From Octopus vulgaris (taxonomy: Eukaryota), in assembly GCA_951406725.2 (NCBI GenBank), contig OX597816.1, forward strand, positions 59,458,001-59,522,000: a stretch of 64,000 nt of DNA, read 5' to 3'. This document shows positions 52,467 through 64,000 of the stretch, in pieces. How positions within the stretch are numbered: the first letter of the stretch is position 1; each line of letters opens with the position of its first letter. A program made the translations under genes and the position numbers. The notes beneath the pieces were generated by a model, which was not told the origin of the DNA, did no database searches, and saw only the letters and a list, made by a program, of their open reading frames with translations.

Positions 52467-52770
52467 TATATGGGTACAGGACGTCACCAACTGTAAACAA
52501 CATGATCTACGAAAACAAACGAGTTAAATCAGCAAACAACGAGAGAAAATAAAATAGAAAACAGAACAACACAAAGAACGACCCTTCATCAGTTGTAGTT
52601 GAATGCTCGAAATGAGGAGTAGATAGACAGCCGACAACTGATGAAGGGTTGTTCTTTACGTTACTTGTCCTGTTTTCCATTTGTTTCTCTCCTTGGCGTA
52701 TTAAACCCATTTGTTTTCGTATTTCATATTGTTTACTGTTGGTGACGTCCTGTACCTATATATGCATATG
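52461..52770. repeat. Imperfect palindrome with ~135-bp arms, from a pLTR-like repeat between (TA)n tracts
   Basis: tatgcatatatgggtacaggacgtcaccaac...cccttcatcagttgt pairs with acaactgatgaaggg...gttggtgacgtcctgtacctatatatgcata. Confidence 0.85.
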
Positions 52771-52774
52771 CGTA

Positions 52775-52832
<58 letters not shown>

Positions 52833-52852
52833 CTATATATAAATATGTGTGT

Positions 52853-52935
<83 letters not shown>

Positions 52936-53573
52936 CGTGCATGTACATATATATAATGGATAATAAAACGAATGGTTTACACCTGGTAGCTTACTGGTAA
53001 AGCCCGGTCACTTTCAGAGTGATCGTTAGGTATATAACAAATGAAAGACAGAAGATGGAATATATGAGAATATACTATTAATCACGACAATTGTTTCGGC
53101 ACATCTAGTATTGATTCCTCCTGGGTGGGACACTCAACAACTAGCTCAGGAGTATCCGGTGGTGCAGATGTATCTCGTCGGGTGATAAATAAATAAAAAC
53201 AATTCGTAAAAAAAAGAATGTTCCACAATGTAACTGTCTGTTTTGCAGAGAGAAAAACAACCGGACGGAGGGAAAATTTTCATATATAAAATAAAATTGC
53301 AGAAGATAAAAAGAGAAACGAACACGTAATCCAGCGAGAAAATTATCTAAAATAACCGCAAACAGATATGGATGTATAAACGCCCTCGGGCAAGCTGCAG
53401 GGCACGAGTACACGCGCTCATACAAGCATCTGCAAAAATGTGAGCATACGCACACACGAGGTTTTGTGCACTCATGATCACAAAGCGAGTTAACTATCTA
53501 ATGGTGTTTATAAGAACGGGGAGGTTAAAAGTAAGCTTAAGTCACCCATACCTTAAAGTAAATTAAATTACAA

Positions 53574-53940
53574 TAGCACTATGACCCGGGAACGCCGGGT
53601 CATAGTGCTAATGCGTGCTTATACCGCTGCGTGCGTGCGCACATACACGCGAGTACTGTCCAAATCTCCGATTAATCACATACAGCTAGCTGGCATTCAA
53701 TTGGCGTATCAAGTTTCGGGCATTTTGATTGGGTTTTGTATAGAAAATTCCCCAAAAGTCACTTCTATTGATTTTTTAATGCCTTTGCGGGGTGACTGAG
53801 GAAATATAAAGATGAGCACGAACACCCTTGAATGGTTTTGAATGACCATAGAAAGTGCGAGCCCTCTAACTGAAAAATTGTGGATTTGTATAAAGGACAC
53901 ACACACAGAAAAAAAATTTGCTGTTTATATATAGAGAGAT
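53574..53940 (+). mobile_element. Probable non-autonomous Helitron/Helentron-like element in the spacer
   Basis: Begins with a perfect 16-bp hairpin tagcactatgacccgg-gaacg-ccgggtcatagtgcta and ends acacacacag...tttatatatagagagat. Confidence 0.5.
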
Positions 53941-54362
53941 TAAGTTAACGGTTACTCAAAGTTCATTCTCACTGCATTGTGCGAAAGTATATTTATATGC
54001 GAGAAGATACTTAATATTATTTCTGAACGACTTTTACTCTCCCCATTCTTATAAACAGCAAATAAATAACTTGCTTTGCGGTCATGAGTGTACGTCCGCT
54101 CACATTTTTGCAGATGCTTGTATGAGCGCGTGTACTCGTGCCATGCAGCTTGCCCGAGGGCGTTTATACATCCATATCGGTTAATGGTTATTTTCAATAA
54201 TTTTCTCGCTGGGTTACGTGTTCGTTTCCCTTTTTGTCTGCTGCAATTTTATTTTTGACCTTCTATATAAATGAAGATTTTTCCTCCGTCTGGCTGTTTT
54301 TCTCTCTGCAAAACAGAAAGTTACATTGTGGAACAGTCATTTTAACGAATTGTTTTTATTTA

Positions 54363-54474
54363 TTTATCACCCGACGAGATACATCTGCACCACCGGATAC
54401 TCCTGAGCTAGTTTTTGAGTGTCCCACCCAGGAGGAATCAATACTAGATGTGCCGAAACAATTGTCGTGATTAA
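54363..54474 (+). ncRNA. Hammerhead-like motif with U4C core variant and long stem II; mirror copy at 53078-53188 on the minus strand
   Basis: Layout is aucac CCGACGA gauacaucu...agaugugcc GAAAC-aauu-GUC gugau, with a palindromic stem III (ACAAUUGU). Confidence 0.6.
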
Positions 54475-54596
54475 TAATATATTCTCGTATATTCCATCTT
54501 CTGTCTTTCATTTGTTATTTACCTAACGATCATTCTGAAAGTGACCGTGCTTTACCAGTAAGCTACCAGGTGTAAACCATTCGTTTTATTATCCAT

Positions 54597-54629
<33 letters not shown>

Positions 54630-54630
54630 G

Positions 54631-54664
<34 letters not shown>

Positions 54665-54715
54665 TACATATACATATACATATATATATATACATATATA
54701 CATACATACATGTAC

Positions 54716-54752
<37 letters not shown>

Positions 54753-55112
54753 TGATAGATCGTTAGCCACTACACACATTTTTTTCTCTCCTTGTTTTCT
54801 ATGTCCGTTTCTGTAGAAGAGCGTAGGCTCGAAACGTAAAAGATTTTTTCTATTCCTGAGCGTTATACTTACACATCTGTTTGTTTTGTATACCACCTGT
54901 CTTCGTCTTTTACTGTTGAAAACTTGTGTGTGTGTCTGTGTCTGTGTGTGTGTCTGTCTGCCTCTGTGTGTGTGTGTGTGTGTGTACAATGGCTGACGAT
55001 AACTGCGCAAGCAGAATAATAAAATGCAACGTTAAATTTAGTTTGTAAATAAATTCGCGAATATGAAATCGAAAATGTATAGAAGTTTGTTTCGGTATTC
55101 TTTAGACTCTCC

Positions 55113-55502
55113 TTGGTCTATTCCAATATTGTGTTCTATTGTGTTCTACCGCGTTCTATTGTGTTCTATTGTGGTCTATTCCAATACTGTGTTCTATTGT
55201 GTTCTATTGTATTCTGTTGTGGTCTATTGTGTTCTATTGTGGTCTATTCCAATACTGTGTACTATTGTGTTCTATTGTGTTCTGTTGTGGTCTATTGTGT
55301 TCTATTGTGGTCTATTCCAATTTTGTGTTCTATTCCAATATTGTGTTCTATTGTGTTCTACTTTGGTCTATTCCAATATTGTGTTCTATTGTGTTCTATT
55401 CCAATATTGTGTTCTATTGTGTTCTATTCCAATATTGTGTTCTATTGTGGTCTATTCCAATACTGTGTTCTATTGAGTTCTATTGTGGTCTATTCCAATA
55501 TT
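55113..55502. repeat. Minisatellite built from 10-mer tgtgttctat and ~17-mer tgtggtctattccaata(c/t) units
   Basis: Direct reading of the tandem units. Confidence 0.92.
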
Positions 55503-55831
55503 ATATGTTACTTCTAAAGTGGGGTTTTCTCTTTTCTTCTTAAAATTTCGACACACGATTAACAAGTCCAATATCGAAATAAATGGATAATAAACCCTTT
55601 TTTGAACATTTGGGGGCCATTGAAATGATCTTCAACAAAACCGAGCTTTGATTTTCTTGTTACTCAAACTTCCTTACATACACAAACTCCAGTCCTCCAT
55701 GTTTCAGAGTACCTTGCAAACATGCTGGATACTCGGCGCTTATATTTCAGTTTCGCTGTGACGAACACATATAGATCTTATTTACTTTATTTACATTTGA
55801 CAGATATTTGTCCTCATCTTATTTGTTGTTA

Positions 55832-55875
55832 ACACAAAGTTTCGGATGATATACCCTCCAGCCTTCATCAGGTGT
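55832..55875 (-). ncRNA. Degenerate copy of the 23101/24056 hammerhead family
   Basis: Layout is acac CUGAUGA a ggcug...caucc GAAAC UUU gugu, with stem II and the triplet mutated. Confidence 0.5.
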
Positions 55876-56814
55876 CTTGGGGAAATGTATATAATGTACA
55901 TAATTCCTCATCTCTTAAATATAGAACATATAGATCTGTCTTGAATTGGAAAACTGGCCGAATTAGCTTTCGTCAGACCATATTATCGACGATCAAAATT
56001 CATCTTCGCTTTTTCATCATTCTTTAACACTGTTGAACCTTTCGGTCTCATCAACTTTTGAAATTATTGGTTTCTTTCTTGCACTGCTTCCTAAATATCT
56101 AATATATCAAAAATCGATACTGAATTTACACAGATGGCGATATATCAATAGAAAATGCATATCGTTGTTTAACAACTTCTCCCCATAACTGCCCTCTTTG
56201 CCCCCTCAGAAACTTTCTGTGGTTTCATAGATATCTTCTCTCAGTAATGCCCTTCTTCAATCAACTTCTTAACTGTCTTAATTAATATTTGATAATTAAT
56301 ACAAAAGCATTCAATTATTTTCTCAACTGAACTTCTATTCTGATTCCAGCCGATGACTTGTAAATTCACGGGTAAATTCACCTAAATCCTTTTTACTCAA
56401 TGATTTTCATTGCTCTCTTTTATAAAATTAAACAATTAATCCAAAAACACAATTAAATTTATACCTGTAAAGAAGAAAAATATAATTAATAAAGGAAAAA
56501 GAAAATCTCGACGGGTAGTTAAAAACTATCCCTAGGCCTATGTATACATACATACGTACGTACGTACGTACATACACAAACATATACATTACAAGCATAC
56601 ATTTATATACATACATACATTTTACATAGATACTCCCATTTCGTAAGTTCGGTAGCGGACATATTTTTTCCTCTTGCCTCTCTTGTTTCTTCTTATTCTT
56701 TTTAATAAAAGATATGCAGACATACGTGCATTCAAGCATGCATGCACCCGTCGATCCATACATCCATGCATACATATTTACACACGCATGACTCCACACA
56801 CACACACACTCACT

Positions 56815-56845
<31 letters not shown>

Positions 56846-57550
56846 GTTTCATCCTCAAGATTAATCGTTGCAAGAAGTCAAGAAGATGGATTTAAGGACT
56901 TAGTTCCTAGTCAGGATTAGTGGAAATTTAAACCTCAGTTTGGATGTAGCTAGATTATGATTCTTACAGAAGGAGGGAGGTGGATGCCTTAAATCTCTAT
57001 TAACATTATATGGAGACCCGAATTGTAACAGTGAAATATATCCAACAGAAATAAAAGGTCAGCAATTATCTCTTTGAGCAAAATTAACCCCAAAATCACG
57101 TCATTAGGGTAGTTAATGGACTTAAGGGAGGCATAAAATGGAATCTGACACAGATCTCTCTCTCTCTCTTTCTCTTTCTCTGTATGTCTCTCTATGTCCC
57201 TCTCCCCCTCTCTCTTTTTCTCTTTCTCTCTCTCTCTTTATCTCTCTGTATGTCACACACACACACACACACACACACTATCTCTCTCTCTATATATATA
57301 TAATGCCCACCCTCTCTCTCGGCAAACAAAAATTAGACCAGGTCACTGGAAAGGTTGAACAAAAATACTTGAAACTAAAAACATAAACAACTGAGGGGAA
57401 TGAACGATTCTAAAAAAGTGGAGCATCGAAGGGTGATGTGTTCTATTAATATCTCACAGAGAAAGCTATTACCCCCATGCTACCTTTTCACTACCAAGGC
57501 CCCCTTTTATTTAAATGAGTTTTGCCACGGACCACTTTTAATATGCTTAT

Positions 57551-57589
<39 letters not shown>

Positions 57590-58151
57590 TGAAATTTTGA
57601 ATTTAGTTCACGGAGCCCCAGTGCTACCTTTGCAGAGCACCAGGGATCCGCGGACCGCATGTTGGGAATCTCTCTTCTAATCAAAAGACAGAAAACATGA
57701 TAGTAAATATTTATGTGAAACCACACATGAGGATGTTAGCTACATCGTTACCAACTTTGAGACATGATGCGGTTGGCAGAGGAAAGGAAAACAGAGAAGG
57801 CAAAGAAAGAGCAAACAATAAATATGAATATATTGGTTTCCATTTTTGGCACGAGGCCTGCAGTTTCGGGGAAGGGGGCAAGTCGATTACATCGCACCCC
57901 CCCCCCCCCGATGTCCAACTGGTACTTATTTTATCAACCCTGGAAGAATGAAAAACAAAGTCGACTTCGGTGGAATTTGAACTCAGAACGTAAAGACGAA
58001 TGACATGCCGCTAAGGTTTTTAGCCTGCAAACGATTCTGCTAGCTGGTGGCCTTAAATGAAATGTATATATTGGAACGTGTGGGTCAAAAGAATATTGGT
58101 GTAACTTTGGAATAAACAGAGTAATATAGTAAAACTGTAACCCACATGATA

Positions 58152-59201
58152 CGAGGGACGTTCAATAAGTAATGCCTCTGACCCACTTGCAATTGTTTGA
58201 TCTAGCTGAAATTTTCCATGTGCAATTATTTATATCTCTATAGATGAAGTGGCAAATTACAGCTCTGAAATAATTGTGGTTTCTGATTTACAGGTGTTTG
58301 AACTGAGTCAAGTGTGAAATGGATCCTGTTGAGTGTCGAGCAGTGATCCGGTTTTTGTATTTGAAAGGATGCACACCACGGGAGACTTTTGATAAAATGA
58401 AAGTAACTTATGGTGATGATGCCCCATCATATGACCTTGTAAAACGCTGGCATCATGAATTCAAACATAGTCGGAACTCTGTGGAAACAGCTCCCAGATC
58501 TGATTGCCCTCCTTCTGCCATTGATGAGGCATCTGTCCGTCAAGTTGAGGCTGCCATTTTAGAAGATCAACGCATAACTATTCGCCAAATAGCCCATGAG
58601 GTCAAGATTAGTACCGGGTCTGTGGAAACTATCATTCATGACCATTTGCATATGCAAAAGGTGTCTGCCAGATGGATTCCCAGGTTGCTCACACCTTTCC
58701 AGAAGCAAGAACGAGTCGAGTGCTCGAGGATGAATTTGGAGATGTGCCAAGAAGATGAGTCAAAATTTTTCAAAAGACTGATTACACAGGATGAAGCCTG
58801 GGTCCATCACTATGATCCAGAGACCAAAGCCCAGTCAATGCAGTGGAAGCACCGTGACTCACCTCCTCCAAAGAAGGAGCGTGCGGCTATGAACTCCTCC
58901 CCCATCTCCCTACTATCCTGACCTTGCACCCTCTGAATTTCACCTCTTCCCAGCCATGAAGTTGTTTTTGAAAGGAAAGCGTTTCCCAGATGATGCAGCC
59001 TTGATTTCTGAAGTCACGTCGTGGTTGGCGGACCAAGCTGGGGTCTTCTACAAAAACGGTCCCAGAGCTGCATCAAGCAATGGGAGAAATGCATAACTCT
59101 GGATGGTTTCTATGTAGAAAAAGACTAATAACTGTGCCAAGTTTCGTTGCTCTACTGCTATGGGAAGTGGGTCAGGGGCATTACTTATTGAACGCCCCTC
59201 G
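58152..59201 (+). mobile_element. Mariner transposon, internal-deletion derivative with intact TIRs
   Basis: Ends are TA|cgagggacgttcaataagtaatgcctctgacccactt ... aagtgggtcaggggcattacttattgaacgcccctcg|TA. ORF 58319-58921 has an intact HTH region, WIPRLL and ITQDEAWVHHYDPE, then jumps from PPPKK to near YPDLAPS(D/E), losing the HDNA motif. Confidence 0.93.
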
Positions 59202-60367
59202 TATTGTTGTTTGAGGCCATTAAAACAAAACCATTCTCTGTTGTAGAAGTCAGCTACATATCTGACATTGATATGATAAAAAGAAAAGAAAGAATGTGAA
59301 AGAAAGGAAACACCAATGAAAAATAGATGGAGAGTCTGCAAATCCAGAATCCAAAATATACTCAATTTTATATCCATTACCATATTTTGCAGCATGAAAT
59401 TTGAATCTAGGAAAATATCTCTTTAAACTTACCAAAGCACCAGTCACGTGATTGGGCAGTGGAGTAATTTTGACCATCGTTGAGTAAAATTACCAGACAC
59501 TGGCTCCCTACCTGGTGGGTTGCTGTCGGGTATTATTGCTGTAGTACGTAACTCTGCTCTCTTTGTTTTTAACTGTCCTGTGGTTATTCGTGTGAAACAC
59601 CATGGAAAGCATACCACATCCGCCACTGCTGACCACCAACCAGTAACCAGCACCCGATTACAACTGCTGCCAACCATCCTGTTGACTTCAGAAAACCACC
59701 GCAACAACTCAACAAGCATCGTGGAAGACGTGATAATTTTCAATGTATTTTTTACAGAAAAAAATGCATCTTTCATATCACAAAATATGGCATTACTGAA
59801 GTGGCACTATATATATAGACTGGACTAAATCAAAGTATGGTTGAACTTAGATTCTTGGAGAAAGAACAAAGCTTTATAGTTCATTCACTACAGGTGAAGA
59901 CGCTGAAGAAGATAAAAATCTACAAGACCTTAAAACGGTTGCATAACGGATGACGGAGAGAACAAACCCACCACTTACTTTCAAAATATATTTTTCTGTT
60001 AAAAGAAAAATACTTCTTCAAACTTAGCAAAGTCCCAGCCACATGATTGTAGAGAAAATATGCATGCAAGCAACTATTGCTTCATGTAGAAATACATGTG
60101 CAGTTGTTTGAGATACATTTGTAATTGTGCTCAGCGAATGTGAATGTCGCACCTAAAACTGTGAAAAAAAGACAAAAAAAAGACACATCGATGATAAACT
60201 AATGTAAATCTTAGAGTTCTTAGATATTGATTACAAAATCTTGTTTGTACCTATAATGCTCTAGCTATGGAATTGAAAATCTACATAAATGTCTCGAAAC
60301 GAAATTTTAAAAGATTAACTTATTTTTTAATAGTTTGTAGAATGAATGAGTATATACACGTTATTCT

Positions 60368-60763
60368 GTTCTACTCTAGGCACAAGGCCTGAAATTTTGG
60401 GGGAGGGGTCCAGTCGATTAGATAGACCCCAGGATGCAACTAGAACTTAATTTATCGACCCTGAAAAGATGAAAGGCAAAGTCGACCTCGGCGGAATTTG
60501 AACTCAGAACGTAAAGACAGACGAAATACCTATTTATTTACTACCCGCAAGGGGCTAAACACAGAGAGGACAAACAAGGACAGACATGGGTATTAAGTCG
60601 ATTGCATCGACCCCAGTGCTTAACTGGTACTTAATTTATCGGCCCCGAAAGGATGAAAGGCAAAGTAGACCTCGGCGGAATTTGAACTCATAACGTAACG
60701 GCAGACGAAATACCGTTAAGCATTTCGCCCGGCGTGCTAACGTTTCTGCCAGATCGCCGCCTT
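60368..60763 (-). mobile_element. SINE family B dimer
   Basis: Two bodies are joined by the same junction seen in the 42045-42624 array. Confidence 0.88.
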
Positions 60764-60832
60764 AATGCATACACATTATTATATGTGTACATATATAAGC
60801 ATTCACATAAACATATATTGAGTAACTTCACA

Positions 60833-60874
<42 letters not shown>

Positions 60875-62113
60875 CACGCACACACACACACACACACACG
60901 CACACAGTATGATCGAATGGCTAAAATCCCTCGACCAGGAGAATTTGAATTCGATTCCGCTGCATTGCATCTTGAATAAATGACACACATCTTGAGAATT
61001 GTTCTTGTCATTCAAAAGGTACAGCCTTGTCACTTTCATCCTGCCTTAGAGATACTCAACCACATACATAGAGTATTTTCTCTCTGTCGTTCGTCCCCCC
61101 CCCTCGATGTCGAAGACATACCCTGACATTGCAAGATGTAAACTCTCTCCTCGAAACACCGACGACCCTTAAAATGGAGAACGTTTCCGTCTCCATTTTC
61201 GAATTACTTGATGTTATACTGGATGTCAGTGACATCAGAAACGAAGTTAAAAGAGACCCACATCACTCTCCAACTAAATCTGGAGTTTGAAGGACAGTGA
61301 CGTTCATCACTGCAATATTGGCTTGTCACTTATTGGATCTATACGTGCTTATATCAACGAGATTCAAATGTCTCATGTGTCTATCAAAGATATACAACAT
61401 TTTGACAGCTATTACAACTAAATCCAAAATGGGAACGGCACCATTCAAGCCCCACAGCAAAATTTACAAAAGCTATACTACGATCCTTATCCCTGGACAA
61501 CTGGATAATACTGTTCACTCTTGTATTTCTAATCCCCTTGTCTATAGAACTTTTTTTCTTTCACACATCTATCAGGTCATCCCATAAGTTCTGACCGATT
61601 TTACCTTTTTTTAAATTGAATGAAATTTAATAGTATTTTAGAATGTCAACATTCTTTTACTTGCTTCAGTTATTTTGACTATGGCCATGCTGAAGCACCG
61701 CCTTTAGTCGAAGAAATCGACCCCTGGGCTTATTCGTTGTAAGCCTGGTACTTATTCTAACGGTGTCATTTGCCAAACCGCTGTGTTATGGGGACAGAAA
61801 TACACCAAAATCGGTAGTCAAGCGATGGTGGGGCGGAGACAAACACAGACAATTAAATATATATACACTACGAGCTTCGATGATTTTTCCGTCTACCAAA
61901 TCCACTCACACGGCTTTCGTCGGGCGGAGGCTGTAGTAGAAGACACTTGAACCCGGAACCATATTGTTGGGAAGCATGCATCTTACCACCACAACCACGC
62001 CTGCGCCTTTTAGGTTTTCGGCAACAACCCTGCAGACAATTTCATTCATGCCAGATAATTCTTGAAGTATTGTATGTGTGTGTCTGTGTGATTTACATGT
62101 ACATTTTAGGATG

Positions 62114-62150
<37 letters not shown>

Positions 62151-62193
62151 ACGCACATACATACATACATACATACATACATACATACATACA

Positions 62194-62281
<88 letters not shown>

Positions 62282-62616
62282 CCACGTACCATCTGGAAGG
62301 CGCTACTGCTCAGGCAAAAGTTGATTTTAAAAAGTCAACGATTTTCTATACATTATGAAAAACAAATAAAACCCAGTTTAAAGTATGAAATTCAGAGTAC
62401 GATTAACATGGCTATTTTTACCTAAAACAATGCTGTATTCAGATTTCCCTCACTTTACACGGTTCATTCTTTCCTGGAGTCATTGCATAAATCGAAAGCC
62501 GTGTAAAGGAAGGTAGATAATTTTCTAAATAGTGTTATTAAAAAATATGAACACAAACTAAATTTAAAGAATTATTTGTTAAAAAAAAATATATAGTACC
62601 AAAGTCAAGCGTATAC

Positions 62617-62715
<99 letters not shown>

Positions 62716-62796
62716 CATGCATGCATACATACATACGTATACATGTACCAAGAACTTTCTCTTTATTATTCTACTATATATGAATATATATATACA

Positions 62797-62830
<34 letters not shown>

Positions 62831-63213
62831 TTCATACATATACAGAAGAAGAAGAAGAAGAAGAAGAAGAAGAAGAAGAAGAAGAAGAAGAAGAAGAAGA
62901 AGAAGAAGAAGAAGAAGAAGAAGAAGAAGAAGAAGAAGAAGAAGAAGAAGAAGAAGAAGAAGAAAATGGAGATTGGGAAGTTAATTGTTAATTATGAAAA
63001 GCAAATTAACTATCTTCACTTCAGTAAATATTAAGTGAAGATTAAATTTATATTTATATGACCTGAGCTTAATATCTTCAGAATATAAACTATATGTTTA
63101 TATATATATACACCCAATATTGTAAGGAAAATAATTCCTCCCAAATACTTGGTGTTGAACCAGTATTTCTTTGGATGAAACCATCCCTTCATGAGCTTAA
63201 CACAACCTCTAAT

Positions 63214-63262
<49 letters not shown>

Positions 63263-63482
63263 TTTAAACCCACCATTCTTTTGACCTGCACTCTCTCACC
63301 TTACTATTCTTATGCCTCCCTCCTCCTATTTCGTTTGAACCCTTGAACCTTTAGAACCTTCTAGATTCTTCTACATCCAGCCACTCTGACGTCACTCCTT
63401 ATAAAGAGACACTCATTATCGCCATGGGCTCCTTGAGAGCGGTCAGCTAAAAGTTTTTGTGCATTTTGATGTCGACATAAGT

Positions 63483-63578
63483 TCCTTGATTTTCCTGATG
63501 AGAAATCTGCATAATGTACTCCTTATTCCTTCGGAATTAGGAATATGCACCTTCGAAACATATGTCGAGAATAAAGGA
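63483..63578 (+). ncRNA. Type I hammerhead ribozyme candidate with a fully canonical core
   Basis: Layout is uccuu-g-auuuuc CUGAUGA(63495-63501) gaa..ugcaua..[ucc..auucc-uuc-ggaau..gga]..uaugca..uuc GAAAC-AUAU-GUC(63564-63566) gagaau-a-aagga. It has the G10.1-C11.1 pair and a palindromic stem III (ACAUAUGU). Confidence 0.78.
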
Positions 63579-63624
63579 TATTTGTTAACTAGTCGTTCAA
63601 CTCCATTCTTTCATATACTTATAA

Positions 63625-63663
<39 letters not shown>

Positions 63664-63792
63664 CGGAGATGTACTCGCATAGCAAGTAATTTGATCTGAG
63701 ATCGTGTGCTGAAACGAAAACAATTGCAGCGTGGAAGGTGTTTATAAGCCATTTAAGAAACACACAAAAGCCGTTCGATTCACTTCAACATT

Positions 63793-63853
<61 letters not shown>

Positions 63854-63859
63854 TTATAT

Positions 63860-63902
<43 letters not shown>

Positions 63903-64000
63903 TATACATACATATATATGTACATATATATATATTATGCATACATATTCATATACATACATATTTATATATATATACATATACACACACACACACACAC

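Larger units (their letters stand above)
52950..54600. repeat. Long inverted repeat (~580-bp arms, ~500-bp spacer), each arm with a hammerhead-like motif; partial copy at ~27483-27585
   Basis: 52953-~53532 is the reverse complement of ~54030-54598 (taatggataataaaacgaatggtttacacctggtagc / gctaccaggtgtaaaccattcgttttattatccatta). The unit is flanked by (TA)n. Confidence 0.92.

Noticed and set aside
55063-55543. Cys/Tyr/Val-rich ORFs in three frames, and a superficially CRISPR-like periodicity
   Set aside because: This is a minisatellite of 10- and 17-bp units with no unique spacers, in a eukaryotic context with no cas genes.
59430-59830. Possible exon (minus-strand GTAAGT donor at ~59432, ORFs on both strands)
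   Set aside because: No frame resembles an aquaporin or any protein I recognise, and no convincing acceptor or ORF pairing was found.
62844-62965. Poly-Glu / poly-Lys ORFs
   Set aside because: This is a pure (GAA)n microsatellite.

Overview
This is AT-rich, microsatellite-saturated animal genomic DNA. The SINE, LINE and Penelope landscape points to a coleoid cephalopod such as Octopus, which is an inference. The only host gene I can support is the 3' half of a minus-strand aquaporin (MIP family): an 81-bp loop-E exon at 27860-27940 and a terminal exon at 20788-21027. It has an unusual second box, NPAL instead of NPAR, and its upstream exons were not found in the window. The rest is intronic or intergenic repeat: fragments of restriction-like-endonuclease LINEs, L1/Tx1, RTE, CR1-type and Penelope (GIY-YIG) retroelements, Tc1/mariner, piggyBac and Helitron-like elements, several tRNA-derived SINE families and a tRNA-Leu pseudogene. 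There is a 100-N assembly gap at 44536-44635. The most striking unannotated signal is about a dozen type-I hammerhead ribozyme motifs from several unrelated repeat families. Many lie in inverted (palindromic) dimers, and one is in sense orientation inside the aquaporin intron. Most ORFs in the supplied track are microsatellite artefacts. All folding and alignment was done by eye, so repeat boundaries are approximate.
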